A stretch of DNA of 64,000 nt from Azolla caroliniana (Eukaryota > Plantae > Polypodiophyta): contig JBHGNT010000002.1 in NCBI GenBank assembly GCA_043228905.1, positions 23,312,001 through 23,376,000 of the forward strand. The letters are read 5' to 3'. The notes under the pieces are model-generated. The model searched no databases. It saw nothing but the letters and a program-made list of their open reading frames with translations, and was not told where the DNA came from. Positions 27,868 through 41,039 of this stretch are shown here, one piece after another. Positions within the stretch are counted from its first letter, which is position 1. Each line of letters opens with the position of its first letter. Made by a program: the position numbers and the translations under genes.

Positions 27868-29193
27868 ACTTCGAATAGATTTTAACTAATTTCATTTAAG
27901 AAAAAAACTTCAAAGAGTTGGATCGAATGTAGTCAAAGTCTCTTATATGACGTGTAAAGGCAATGCACTTTGTGCTTTTTGACACGTCTGATTATTTATT
28001 TCTTGATATCCTTTACTGATTTCTTGTATGCTTTCTTTCGTGTGGCAAAGACTTAGTTTTACATAAACTCTTTGTCACCTTGAGTGTATATGCTTTCCTA
28101 ATTAGACAACGTGTAGGCTTTTTGCTCTAATAATCGTGGCATGATTATGTATCATTCATATTCTAATATGTTCGTGCTGTTCATCCTAACAAATAGTGGA
28201 CAGAAAGTTTGTAATTCCAAGGATATAACAAGTTATAGTATGCTTTATCCTAAGCAATTCCACGAGCATACTCGTCAACATTAATGGTTTTGGCAAGAAT
28301 GAGCCAATGACATGATTAAACATCATATTCTCTTGCTAAACCACAACTCTCAATTCTAAAAAGTAAAGCGTTGTTTGCGGACATTGAGGTAGCCATAGAG
28401 ATACAAACTGATATCATTCATGCTTATGCGAAGATGGTGGTGGATGTCACAAATGAGATTTGTCATCTTGTGTCTAATTAGGATGAATAAAACACTTGAA
28501 AATGTGAAAACTTCGTCCAAGGTCATTAATCACTCTCCGCATATGCCCTACAAAGTGTCTCCTACTACCCGACCCTCCACTCAATGATGACACTCCCGCT
28601 TTACAATCACCATCTTTTTCTCGATATATTTTCCCTTGAAGCATTGAACTTGTCAACACCCTCTATCTTCAGGTTTGTGAAGTTTATGTTGAATGATTTG
28701 TGGACAAATGTTGAGCCTCTATTCATAAGTTGTGATAATGAAGTTCTCACAATTGAACTTATAAGAAAACAATATATATCTCCATGAAAACTATTAGATC
28801 AATACTAAGCAATTTAAAGTCCTTAAAAGAGGTGCAAATGATGATTCTTTTGATATAACAATGCTAATAAAATAGAATTAGGTATTAACTCTACTAATTA
28901 ATGGGAAAGCAATGCCTTTTTTGGAAAAAAATAGGTATTAACATTTTAAACCATTTGTACCTTACTATTTATCAGTCTTATCAATTAAGGTAAAGATAAG
29001 TTACACAAAAATGTAGATTATTTAATACCTTTGGGTAGAATATGAATTATAGATAAATGAAATATGAGTTTATTATTAAAATAAAAAACGATCCCTTTTG
29101 TAATTAGGAAACTATAGTTACAAAATGAGTTTAATAGCGTCATGATCGCTTACCCTAAGTTGATTTGTGCAAAATAATGTGTCGTGTGAGTTT

Positions 29194-29287
29194 ATATACA
29201 TACATACATACATGCATACATACATACATACATACATACATACATACATACATACATACATACATACATACATACATACATACATAC

Positions 29288-29322
<35 letters not shown>

Positions 29323-29338
29323 TACATACATACATACA

Positions 29339-29372
<34 letters not shown>

Positions 29373-29457
29373 CATACATACATACATACATACATCACAT
29401 ACATACATGCATGCATGCATATATATATAATGTCACTCTCTCAAGCTAAGATGTAAG

Positions 29458-29490
<33 letters not shown>
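29194..29490. repeat. (TACA)n microsatellite followed by (CT)n
   Basis: Direct reading. Confidence 0.95.
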
Positions 29491-29491
<1 letters not shown>

Positions 29492-30169
29492 ATTGCTTTC
29501 TTAACCTCAAGATGAAGATGACGACTAATATTCAGAAAGACTTGGGTAGAGAGAGAGTAACATTGTAAATGGGATATAAAGGTAATATCCATCAACCTTT
29601 TGTACCCTAGAAATGCGAAAGGGACATTGTTAAATAGAGGAGGAAGTATAAGAATGAAACTTTTTAAGAAAGCAATTAGAGAGAGCAATGTAGGTGACTT
29701 CACGGGCACATTTTTCTATGATGGTGGCATAGGACACTTGTTTAGCTTGTAGGGGTTTCTTGCTCACCCATCATTGGCCTCATTTTCAGGAGGGGAAATT
29801 TAACATGTTTTGGAACCCATATTTCAACTACCCATTTAGGTGCCCGATGATGCACATGTTTCCTTTGTGACCTAGATGGCAGCTTGCAAGAGCCTTGCAC
29901 TTTTGCTTTGGAACTTGTCTGGGTTCAATCAATCTATGTACTTAGCTATGCTTACGAAATGAAAACTAGATGGGCCCCTTGTGCAATTAGTTGTAACTCA
30001 TTGTTGTTTCTAAACACAACATATCGTCTAAGTGCCCTTATCCATCCCTTCAACTATGACTCAATGTCCTCGAAGAAGACATTTTGCAAGATGGCCAACG
30101 TAACATACTAGGGGAACTCCAATGGAGCGCCTCGACAACTCCTCAATAGTCTGGTATCACCATTGTCTT

Positions 30170-30960
30170 CATGGTCGATGAAGAAGCCTTGCTAAAAAAA
30201 GAGGTAAGTCGTCTACACACCTACTTAATTGTGTGCAAGGTAACAGGGTTACAACCGAATAGAGGAGATCTACATGACCTCCTTTAGGTGGCTTTTCAGT
30301 ATCACATAGGTAAAATTATTGATGTCCAATTTATGGGACATGCTTTTTATAACCTAGAATTAGATATGAATGAGTCCATAGATGTCATGTTGAAAGCAAA
30401 CATGATCAATATTTGGAACGTGACTACTTGTTTTTTTTTCCGTGGAAACTAGGCTTTGATCTCGTTTAAATCATGAACTTGGGGCATCATTTGACCCCTG
30501 TTTCAATTGTTTTTCCAAGAATTCCTAAGGAATACATGGGTGTATTTCTATCAATCGCATCAAGAATCAATACGGTTCTACCGCCTTGTGAGGGGGCTTT
30601 TGATGTGAAGATTACAAGATTCCCATGTATTTGCATCTTAGTTCCCTCCATCGAAAATTTACCTCCTCACGTACTTTTACCATCAATCTCGGGGAGTTCT
30701 ATGTTCATGCAAAGATTGGAATATGTGGGAATGCCTGAGCAATGTTTTTATTGCAGACAAGAAAGCCATGTCTTTAAAGATTGCCCAAAAAAGAAGAAGT
30801 GTTTTGAGCCTCAAAATGATACACCTATTGCTCATACAATTGCTCAACATGTTAACTTGGATAAGGAGTAGCCATCTTAGATGGTTGTGGGATGTGATCA
30901 AAGAGAAAATGTCTAGCCCTCCAAGGATGAGCAGTGGAGCCCAATAGATAATAGGCATTC
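30170..30960 (+). mobile_element. Decayed L1-type LINE ORF1 fragment
   Basis: CFYCRQESHVFKDC zinc knuckle preceded by a DUF4283-like region with stops/frameshifts. Confidence 0.65.
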
Positions 30961-31703
30961 ATTACCAAAGAAAATAGTGGAGCCTCTACGTGCCCATTAT
31001 CAACGTCACTATTTACACCTAGAAGATCCAAGTTCATTGAAAGAACTTGAATCTATGTCTGTAGCTATATTTTCCGTTGGGGATCCAGTGACCCCTCAAT
31101 TTCGAGCTCATGTTGAGCAACATGTTCCAGATAATGCCTCACTGAGCACATTTTCATGTTCAAGTTATTTATAACATGTTACATACTAGCAAAACAATAG
31201 CTACCTGAATCTTATTTCTAATTGTTGTCACTTCCAAAGTGACCTTGCTTTCCATCACAACAACCAATGTTGCTTTCTCCAAAGCAATCTTTGTTGCCTC
31301 CAATGTCTCACAGACTTCGTGGACATTTTCAGCATATAGCTAATCAATGTCTCACCTGTATCATCGACATTGGCTTTCATTGTGTTTTTGTGTGGTGTAT
31401 ACTTGCGGGTTTGCTGGGAGTCAATAGTTGCATCATCAACTGCCATGCTCCAGAATATTGTCATCTTTTGTTGCAAGCTCCCCCCCATCTTCTGACATCG
31501 TTCTACCAGCGCCTCACTTGCAAGAGCCCAAGCTATCATGTACATTTTAGGGTATGTTGCTTCCCTCATTGTTTTGCAATACTTGTATGCAAAAGCTCTG
31601 GTGAATGCAATCGACAACTCGTTGTTCACCGGAATCTTTGTTGCCTCCAATGTCTCACAGACTTCGTGGACATTTTCAGCATATAGCTAATCAATGTCTC
31701 ACC

Positions 31704-34700
31704 TGTCGAATACAAGTGTATAATGGACGTATTCACACTATCCCTTTTTTGTATAGATCAAGTTTGGGCCATTTGTGTAATTAGCATAAATGGTAGATGC
31801 CCTAAGTCTATCACTATATATAGTGACCTTGTAACCTTTTTGTAAGGTTGGGTGTTGTATTATTGCTTTGTGGAATAAGAAGTCTTTTGTGTCTCTCTCT
31901 CTCTCTCTCTGTGCACGACCTAAAATCTGTCATATGCAGGTAAAGAAAAAGAATCGAACGCTTCTTGATCTTCCGCATAGATGACTTTGTCTTCAACATC
32001 TGGTATCAGAGCCTGCACAGTATTCGGTCCTTCAATCCGCTGTCGGCCGTCGTCTCAGCCTGCACAACATTCGGTTTCCTGCGTCATTCGAAGAAGAGAG
32101 AAGAAGAAAAACGAGGCTTGCATCTCTTCGCGTTAGATCATCTTCGCTTGGAGTAAGCCAGCCGGTTGTACTCCGTTCCTTGTGATCGCAACGCTCGAGG
32201 TGAAATCCCCTTGTGCAACATTGACACGATCGTGCTCCACTCGGTTAAACGGCATCCGAAAAGGTCATTAAACGCTGCTCACCGCTCGTTGTAACCACTC
32301 GGTGCAGATCGGTCTCAAGACAACAACCCCAATTCGCGCTTCATCCGGCTGATCGACATTCGGGAGGATCAGTTGGATCTGTCTCTCTCGTCGCTGCAGC
32401 CACCCGAAGCAGAATCGGTCCAGATAATCGGTTTCAATAATCGGTATTCGGCATATATATCCGAAGCGAACCGGGCTCACTCCGACTCGGCAACATTCGG
32501 GAAGACCAGTCGGTTCTGTCCCTCAAGTTACCGGAGTCAATTCGAGCAAGTTCAACAATACATATATCCGAAGCCGAACCGACTCGGGTTCAAATCCGAC
32601 TAGAACGATATCGGGTGAGCCAACCGGCTGCACTCCAACAAGGTTCGTAGTCAACTCCGAACCGAGCTTCGTCAACTGAAACCAAATTTGATGGCATCAA
32701 CATCCGGCTCGTCAGAAATGAGTCTACGAAAGTTCGATGGATCGAACTTCAACTTCTGGAAGGAACAAATGCAGGACTATCTCATAGTCAAGGGGCAAAT
32801 CGACCCCATCGAAAATGAAGAACCTCCAGAAGGATACAAACCAATTGAGTGGCAGAAGCTGGACAGAATCGTCCGCGCCACGATTCGGATGCACCTATCG
32901 GAATCGGTATACTTTACGGTGCAATCGTGTACGACAGCATTCGAACTGTGGAAAACACTGTCGGACACTTACGAAAAGAAGGTCGCCGCAACGAAGATGT
33001 TTCTGATCCGGCGCCTCTACAACTTGCGGATGAAAGAATCCGATTCGGTCCAAGCACATCTCAATGAGTACGAAAGCATAAGCTCCCAAATCTCGTCACA
33101 GGGGACGGCAATCGAGGATGAACTCAGAGCAATGATACTCATGAGCAGCCTTCCCTCATCATGGGAAACTTTCGTTACAACCGTGTGCAACGCGTCAACC
33201 ACGACTGTTAAATACTCCGAAGTCACGAGCGCAATCCTGACCGAAGCAGCTCGGAGAAAGTCTTTCGCCAAAGACTCAACAGACGACGCTTACGTAGTAC
33301 AAGGTTCGACAGACCGATCGAACATACGAGGAAGAGATTCCTCACGGCCGCCGAACAATCAGCGAAGACGGAGCCAGTCACGGGATAATCGAATCTGCAA
33401 CTACTGCAAGAAACCCGGACACATCAAAGCCGACTGCCGCGCACTCAAGAACAAGAACGACAAGTCTCAGAAATCAGACAAGAAGAGTGGCCGGCATGAG
33501 GAGATCAATTACGTCAGCTTCTCAGCTGATGTGCTACCAAACGACCCGAATATACTATCAATCGAAAATCCAGTCGGATCAGAAGTTCTGCTCACGACTG
33601 AAGAATCGAGCACATGGCTCTTAGATTCGGGTGCGTCATTTCACGTGACTCCTCATCGATCCCAATTTCGGCAATATACGATCCGTCACTCCGACTCAGT
33701 TCGGGTCGGCAACTCGCAACACTGTGACATCATTGGAATCGGCACAGTAGAGCTCAACCTTGCAGGTGGCTCTACACTTGTACTTCACAATGTCCGACAT
33801 GTACCCGAGCTCTCAAGGCCATTGATCTCGGTCGGACAACTAGATGAAGACGACATTCGTGCCGGTTTTTCTTCGGGAGGGTGGACACTCCACAGGGGGA
33901 ACCTCCTGCTTGCTAGAGGACCCAAGATACACTCACTGTATCCGTTACATGTTACGCTCAGAGAGGGTAACCTGTTTTTGGTGGATATTCCTGTGTCATC
34001 ACTATGGCACAGAAGATTAGGACACCTCAGCAAGGCCGGCATTACGCATCTATCAAGAGCCGGATACATCCCTAAACTCTCCTTCTCCGACCATCAATTC
34101 TGCGAGCATTGCCAGTATGGCAAACAAGCAGCCGCATCACACCCGACATCAGCACCTAGAGAAACGAGACCTCTCGATTTAGTCCACTCGGACGTCTGTG
34201 GCCCAATGCCGCATCAGTCTCTCGGCGGTGCCTCTTACTTCGTCAGTTTTATTGACGATTCGACTCGAAAGGTGTGGGCTTATCCAATTCGCACCAAAGA
34301 TCGTGTCTTCTCGATCTTCTCCGATTGGCTCGCTATGGTAGAAAATCAAACCGACCGAAAACTGAAATGCTTTCGGACCGACAATGGGGGAGAGTTCAAA
34401 TCAGAAGAATTCGTCAAATTCTGCCGACAACGCGGCATCCGACGTGAATTTACGGCACCACACAGTCCGGAGCAAAACGGGATTGCAGAACGAATGAATC
34501 GGACAATCCAAGAACGGATAGTTTCCATGCTCCAACACTCCGGACTGTCGAATGGCTTCTGGGCAGAGGCTCTACTCACGGCAGTACACATAATCAATAT
34601 GTCGCCAAGCAGACCTCTAGGACTTCAAATTCCTCAGGAACTATGGATCGGCAGTAAGCCGAATTATGACAAGCTGAGGATCTTCGGATGCGAGGCGTAC

Positions 34701-37216
34701 GCCCTTATTCCGAAAGATGATCGCCGAAAACTTGCACCTCGGTCCAGGAAATGCATTTTCCTTGGATATGGATCAGACGGCGAAATGGGATACCGACTCT
34801 GGGACCCCGAACGCAGACAAATCGTTCGAAGTTCGGACGTTGTGTTCAACGAGTCGGCTATGAATCCATCAGTCGAAAAACCGATCGAAGTCCGAAGGGT
34901 AACATTTTCCGATGTGCCGACCCTTCAAGAAGGCCCCGCTCTTAACACACGGTCAGCTTCACGGGTAGCTGAACCTCACACTACCGACTCGGACAACTCC
35001 GACTCGGCACAGCAGAATAATTCGCTTTCGGACCATCCGACCTCGATACCCGATGCGACCAGTCCAATCATACCTCGACGATCCGAGAGACCGTCGCAAC
35101 CTCCGGAGAGGTATTCTCCTGGAATTTTCTTCACCGACGCCGGCGAACCGACGTCTTACGAAGAAGCATCGACATCGGTCGATTCCGCCACCTGGCATCT
35201 GGCGATGGAGTCGGAAATGCACTCCATTCGGGCAAACAAGACTTGGGATCTGGTCGAATTACCTAGGAACCGACGTGCTCTTCCTTGCAAGTGGGTTTAT
35301 CGACTAAAAGAGACGTCTGATTCGACCACCCCAAAGTACAAGGCCAGACTAGTTGCGAAGGGCTTCCGACAAGAATATGGCGTCGACTTCGACGAGATTT
35401 TTTCACCAGTGGTGAAAATGACAACCCTTCGTTTTCTACTCGGCGTAGTGGCAGCCGACAACTTGGAGCTGATTCAGCTAGATGTCAAAACAGCCTTCCT
35501 CCATGGTGATCTTGAAGAGGAAATTTATATGGAGCAGCCAAAAGGCTTCGTGGCAACTGGCCAAGAACATCTAGTCTGCCGACTCAGGAAGAGTCTATAC
35601 GGCCTCAAACAGGCACCGCGACAATGGTATAAGAAGTTCGACGACTTCATCCAATCGATCGGCTTCTCAAAAAGCGATGAGGACCATTGCCTTTTTACCA
35701 ACACAGCTCAAGATGGATCACCCATCTTCCTCATCATTTACGTGGACGACATGCTAATTTCTGGACGCCACGCGGGCGAACTTGCCGATCTCATTCGGCA
35801 ACTGCGGTTGAAGTTTGCCATGAAGGACCTCGGTCCGGCACGACACATACTCGGCATGAAGATTAGTCGGCATCGCGACAAACGACATCTTTTTTTGTCT
35901 CAGACCGACTATATCGGACGTGTGTTGGAACGCTTCAACATGCAATCAGCCAAATCTGCTTCAACCCCGCTCCCCATGAATCTTCGGCTCTCTCAGCGAG
36001 ACTGCCCGACATCCGGTCCGGAGGGGGAAGATATGAAGTCGGTACCGTATGCACCGGCAGTCGGCTCCCTTATGTACCTGATGGTCGCGACACGGCCTGA
36101 TATCTCTCATGCCGTAGGAGTCGTCAGCAGATTTATGCACAATCCTGGCCGATCGCATTGGAACGCAGTCAAGCATGTGTTCAAATATCTAGCTGGCACA
36201 AAATACCACGACATTCTTTTCGGTCCGAACTCAACTACAGGCGTAGTCGGTTACACCGACTCGGACTTCGCCGGCTATATAGACAGTCGGAAATCAACAA
36301 CTGGATACTGCTTCAAATTCGGCAATGGAGCAATTTCGTGGAAGTCGAAACTTCAGGAGTGCACAACGACCTCAACGACCGAAGCAGAATATGTAGCTGC
36401 GTCCGACGCTGCAAAAGAAGCTTTGTGGCTCGGCCGGCTGGCGCACACGTTTCGGCAAGTCGACCATGACTCGGCTCCAGTTGTCTATAGCGACAGTCAA
36501 GGTGCTGTTGCCTTGTCGAAAAATCCGGTTCACCACAACGCCTCCAAACATATCGACGTTCGATATCACTTCGTTCGGGACTGCGTCATTTCAGGGAAAA
36601 TCGGTCTAGAGAAAATATCGACAACCGACAATGTCGCAGATGGAATGACCAAGTGTCTTTCGGCAGACCGCTTTCGGTCCCTTCGGCATCAGATGGGCGT
36701 AACGACAAACCAGTCCGGTTAGAGCCGGACACATCGCAGGATGGTTTCCGACATCCGACATCAGTTCCTTAATGATCGGCTTCAACTCTTCCGACCCGAC
36801 CAGTTCGGTCTTCTGCCTTCGGACCCTGCCGACTCGAACAAAACTGATATGTCCGAGAACCTAGGTTTATGCCTGTAATCTTAGATAACCCATGTATACG
36901 CCCATTACGAGGGAGTGTCGAATACAAGTGTATAATGGACGTATTCACACTATCCCTTTTTTGTATAGATCAAGTTTGGGCCATTTGTGTAATTAGCATA
37001 AATGGTAGATGCCCTAAGTCTGTCACTATATATAGTGACCTTGTAACCTTTTTGTAAGGTTGGGTGTTGTATTATTGCTTTGTCGAATAAGAAGTCTTTT
37101 GTGTCTCTCTCTCTCTCTCTCTCTCTCTGTGCACGACCTAAAATCTGTCATACGCACGTAAAGAAAAAGAATCGAACGCTTCTTGATCTTCCGCATAGAT
37201 GACTTTGTCTTCAACA
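31704..37216 (+). mobile_element. Full-length Ty1/copia LTR retrotransposon
   Basis: TG..CA LTRs 31704-31998 and 36916-37216; TSD TCACC both sides; PBS TGGTATCAGAGC (tRNA-iMet) at 32001; short purine tract before the 3' LTR. Confidence 0.98.
32691..36722 (+). CDS. Copia gag-pol polyprotein (gag-PR-INT-RT-RNaseH), uninterrupted
   Basis: CNYCKKPGHIKADC knuckle, LDSGA protease, HHCC + D,D35E integrase, YVDD RT, TDSD..EAEY RNase H. Confidence 0.97.
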   Translation: MASTSGSSEMSLRKFDGSNFNFWKEQMQDYLIVKGQIDPIENEEPPEGYKPIEWQKLDRIVRATIRMHLSESVYFTVQSCTTAFELWKTLSDTYEKKVAATKMFLIRRLYNLRMKESDSVQAHLNEYESISSQISSQGTAIEDELRAMILMSSLPSSWETFVTTVCNASTTTVKYSEVTSAILTEAARRKSFAKDSTDDAYVVQGSTDRSNIRGRDSSRPPNNQRRRSQSRDNRICNYCKKPGHIKADCRALKNKNDKSQKSDKKSGRHEEINYVSFSADVLPNDPNILSIENPVGSEVLLTTEESSTWLLDSGASFHVTPHRSQFRQYTIRHSDSVRVGNSQHCDIIGIGTVELNLAGGSTLVLHNVRHVPELSRPLISVGQLDEDDIRAGFSSGGWTLHRGNLLLARGPKIHSLYPLHVTLREGNLFLVDIPVSSLWHRRLGHLSKAGITHLSRAGYIPKLSFSDHQFCEHCQYGKQAAASHPTSAPRETRPLDLVHSDVCGPMPHQSLGGASYFVSFIDDSTRKVWAYPIRTKDRVFSIFSDWLAMVENQTDRKLKCFRTDNGGEFKSEEFVKFCRQRGIRREFTAPHSPEQNGIAERMNRTIQERIVSMLQHSGLSNGFWAEALLTAVHIINMSPSRPLGLQIPQELWIGSKPNYDKLRIFGCEAYALIPKDDRRKLAPRSRKCIFLGYGSDGEMGYRLWDPERRQIVRSSDVVFNESAMNPSVEKPIEVRRVTFSDVPTLQEGPALNTRSASRVAEPHTTDSDNSDSAQQNNSLSDHPTSIPDATSPIIPRRSERPSQPPERYSPGIFFTDAGEPTSYEEASTSVDSATWHLAMESEMHSIRANKTWDLVELPRNRRALPCKWVYRLKETSDSTTPKYKARLVAKGFRQEYGVDFDEIFSPVVKMTTLRFLLGVVAADNLELIQLDVKTAFLHGDLEEEIYMEQPKGFVATGQEHLVCRLRKSLYGLKQAPRQWYKKFDDFIQSIGFSKSDEDHCLFTNTAQDGSPIFLIIYVDDMLISGRHAGELADLIRQLRLKFAMKDLGPARHILGMKISRHRDKRHLFLSQTDYIGRVLERFNMQSAKSASTPLPMNLRLSQRDCPTSGPEGEDMKSVPYAPAVGSLMYLMVATRPDISHAVGVVSRFMHNPGRSHWNAVKHVFKYLAGTKYHDILFGPNSTTGVVGYTDSDFAGYIDSRKSTTGYCFKFGNGAISWKSKLQECTTTSTTEAEYVAASDAAKEALWLGRLAHTFRQVDHDSAPVVYSDSQGAVALSKNPVHHNASKHIDVRYHFVRDCVISGKIGLEKISTTDNVADGMTKCLSADRFRSLRHQMGVTTNQSG

Positions 37217-40200
37217 TCACCTGTATCATCGACATTGGCTTTCATTGTGTTTTTGTGTGGTGTATACTTGCGGGTTTGCTGGGAGTCAATAGTTGCATCA
37301 TCAACTGCCATGCTCCAGAATATTGTCATCTTTTGTTGCAAGCTCCCCCCCATCTTCTGACATCGTTCTACCAGCGCCTCACTTGCAAGAGCCCAAGCTA
37401 TCATGTACATTTTAGGGTATGTTGCTTCCCTCATTGTTTTGCAATACTTGTATGCAAAAGCTCTGGTGAATGCAATCGACAACTCGTTGTTCACCGGAAT
37501 CTTTGTTGCCTCCAATGTCTCACAGACTTCGTGGACATTTTCAGCATATAGCTAATCAATGTCTCACCTGTATCATCGACATTGGCTTTCATTGTGTTTT
37601 TGTGTGGTGTATACTTGCGGGTTTGCTGGGAGTCAATAGTTGCATCATCAACTGCCATGCTCCAGAATATTGTCATCTTTTGTTGCAAGCTCCCCCCCAT
37701 CTTCTGACATCGTTCTACCAGCGCCTCACTTGCAAGAGCCCAAGCTATCATGTACATTTTAGGGTATGTTGCTTCCCTCATTGTTTTGCAATACTTGTAT
37801 GCAAAAGCTCTGGTGAATGCAATCGACAACTCGTTGTTCACCGGAATCTTTGTTGCCTCCAATGTCTCACAGACTTCGTGGACATTTTCAGCATATAGCT
37901 AATCAATGTCTCACCTGTATCATCGACATTGGCTTTCATTGTGTTTTTGTGTGGTGTATACTTGCGGGTTTGCTGGGAGTCAATAGTTGCATCATCAACT
38001 GCCATGCTCCAGAATATTGTCATCTTTTGTTGCAAGCTCCCCCCCATCTTCTGACATCGTTCTACCAGCGCCTCACTTGCAAGAGCCCAAGCTATCATGT
38101 ACATTTTAGGGTATGTTGCTTCCCTCATTGTTTTGCAATACTTGTATGCAAAAGCTCTGGTGAATGCAATCGACAACTCGTTGTTCACCGGAATCTTTGT
38201 TGCCTCCAATGTCTCACAGACTTCGTGGACATTTTCAGCATATAGCTAATCAATGTCTCACCTGTATCATCGACATTGGCTTTCATTGTGTTTTTGTGTG
38301 GTGTATACTTGCGGGTTTGCTGGGAGTCAATAGTTGCATCATCAACTGCCATGCTCCAGAATATTGTCATCTTTTGTTGCAAGCTCCCCCCCATCTTCTG
38401 ACATCGTTCTACCAGCGCCTCACTTGCAAGAGCCCAAGCTATCATGTACATTTTAGGGTATGTTGCTTCCCTCATTGTTTTGCAATACTTGTATGCAAAA
38501 GCTCTGGTGAATGCAATCGACAACTCGTTGTTCACCGGAATCTTTGTTGCCTCCAATGTCTCACAGACTTCGTGGACATTTTCAGCATATAGCTAATCAA
38601 TGTCTCACCTGTATCATCGACATTGGCTTTCATTGTGTTTTTGTGTGGTGTATACTTGCGGGTTTGCTGGGAGTCAATAGTTGCATCATCAACTGCCATG
38701 CTCCAGAATATTGTCATCTTTTGTTGCAAGCTCCCCCGCATCTTCTGACATCGTTCTACCAGCGCCTCACTTGCAAGAGCCCAAGCTATCATGTACATTT
38801 TAGGGTATGTTGCTTCCCTCATTGTTTTGCAATACTTGTATGCAAAAGCTCTGGTGAATGCAATCGACAACTCGTTGTTCACCGGAATCTTTGTTGCCTC
38901 CAATGTCTCACAGACTTCGTGGACATTTTCAGCATATAGCTAATCAATGTCTCACCTGTATCATCGACATTGGCTTTCATTGTGTTTTTGTGTGGTGTAT
39001 ACTTGCGGGTTTGCTGGGAGTCAATAGTTGCATCATCAACTGCCATGCTCCAGAATATTGTCATCTTTTGTTGCAAGCTCCCCCCCATCTTCTGACATCG
39101 TTCTACCAGCGCCTCACTTGCAAGAGCCCAAGCTATCATGTACATTTTAGGGTATGTTGCTTCCCTCATTGTTTTGCAATACTTGTATGCAAAAGCTCTG
39201 GTGAATGCAATCGACAACTCGTTGTTCACCGGAATCTTTGTTGCCTCCAATGTCTCACAGACTTCGTGGACATTTTCAGCATATAGCTAATCAATGTCTC
39301 ACCTGTATCATCGACATTGGCTTTCATTGTGTTTTTGTGTGGTGTATACTTGCGGGTTTGCTGGGAGTCAATAGTTGCATCATCAACTGCCATGCTCCAG
39401 AATATTGTCATCTTTTGTTGCAAGCTCCCCCGCATCTTCTGACATCGTTCTACCAGCGCCTCACTTGCAAGAGCCCAAGCTATCATGTACATTTTAGGGT
39501 ATGTTGCTTCCCTCATTGTTTTGCAATACTTGTATGCAAAAGCTCTGGTGAATGCAATCGACAACTCGTTGTTCACCGGAATCTTTGTTGCCTCCAATGT
39601 CTCACAGACTTCGTGGACATTTTCAGCATATAGCTAATCAATGTCTCACCTGTATCATCGACATTGGCTTTCATTGTGTTTTTGTGTGGTGTATACTTGC
39701 GGGTTTGCTGGGAGTCAATAGTTGCATCATCAACTGCCATGCTCCAGAATATTGTCATCTTTTGTTGCAAGCTCCCCCCCATCTTCTGACATCGTTCTAC
39801 CAGCGCCTCACTTGCAAGAGCCCAAGCTATCATGTACATTTTAGGGTATGTTGCTTCCCTCATTGTTTTGCAATACTTGTATGCAAAAGCTTTGGTGAAT
39901 GCAATCGACAACTCGTTGTTCACTGGAATCTTTGTTGCCTCCAATGTCTCACAGACTTCGTGGACATTTTCAGCATATAGCTAATCAATGTCTCACCTGT
40001 ATCATCGACATTGGCTTTCATTGTGTTTTTGTGTGGTGTATACTTGCGGGTTTGCTGGGAGTCAATAGTTGCATCATCAACTGCCATGCTCCAGAATATT
40101 GTCATCTTTTGTTGCAAGCTCCCCCCCATCTTCTGACATCGTTCTACCAGCGCCTCACTTGCAAGAGCCCAAGCTATCATGTACATTTTAGGGTATGTTG

Positions 40201-41039
40201 CTTCCCTCATTGTTTTGCAATACTTGTATGCAAAAGCTCTGGTGAATGCAATCGACAACTCGTTGTTCACCGGGATCTCTTGAAGTATTTTTTGGTGGAG
40301 CCTCATGCAGTCCTCATACAACTCCGGTCGTACATGCTTCAGCTTCACCTTGCCTTTCACTCTAGGCACTTTATAGACAGACAACTAATCTACATCACTA
40401 ATGATCAATCTATTTGTTAGAACAACAGGGTCAATACCCTCTAGTGACAAACCATATATGTTGTTAAAGTCCTCCTTTGTCTCACAAAACTTTGCAAAGT
40501 TCAACACTCTAGGATATGGAGGAACGAGCCACCTAAAATAAAAAATCAATACATGTTACCTTTGCTCTACTTGGACATGTGTATTTAGAATCATAATTGG
40601 TATGGAAGAATAAAAAATAAAAAATCAGGCACATCCATGGAAATCCTAAACCAAGTTTGGGGGAAGTTTGTAGACAAATAACCATTGAAATCAGAAATGT
40701 GAATTGATGCAAAATTTCAACCCTAAATTTGAAATTTTCAACTGTAATCAGAAATCAATCGCTTAAAGAAATCAGAAACCCTAAAAAGAAATCAACTGCT
40801 TAAAGAAATTAGAAACCCTAATTTGAAATATTGTTGAGAATCGAGCTCAACTTCCCATAGGGATAGTGTTCACACTAGTCAGTGAACAACTTACTAGGAT
40901 AGATTTGTAATTAATAGAAAGAGCATTTGCCCTAGACTAGTTGGTATTTAAACCAACCTTTTGTAACTGAGTAACTGTTGGATGTAATATACAGATTTCT
41001 TGTTTAGAGCTCTCTCTCTCTCTCATGCACTTCTCTGAG

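Larger units (their letters stand above)
31286..40273. repeat. 347-bp tandem array, 10 copies, copy 2 interrupted by a copia element
   Basis: Unit starts (AATCTTTGTTGCC) at 31286, 31633, 37498, 37845, 38192, 38539, 38886, 39233, 39580, 39927; ORF track repeats every 347 nt. Confidence 0.97.
30990..40532 (-). pseudogene. Pseudogene of unknown (possibly transposon-accessory) protein; its large exon supplies the 347-bp array unit
   Basis: TTTTAG| acceptor at ~40533, reading WLVPPYPRVLNFAKFCETKEDFNNIYGL...D*LSVYKVPRVKGK...; after a frameshift LYAENVHEVCETLEATKIALEK...NKIQ|GT at ~31204; internal stops. Confidence 0.45.

Noticed and set aside
29118-29449. MYVC/HTYI-repeat ORFs (also 42-48 kb)
   Set aside because: Translations of microsatellites
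37470-40420. Repeated 123-173 aa ORFs as a tandem gene cluster or CRISPR-like array
   Set aside because: Products of the 347-bp repeat; no unique spacers, no per-copy promoters, plus-strand ORFs are antisense shadows
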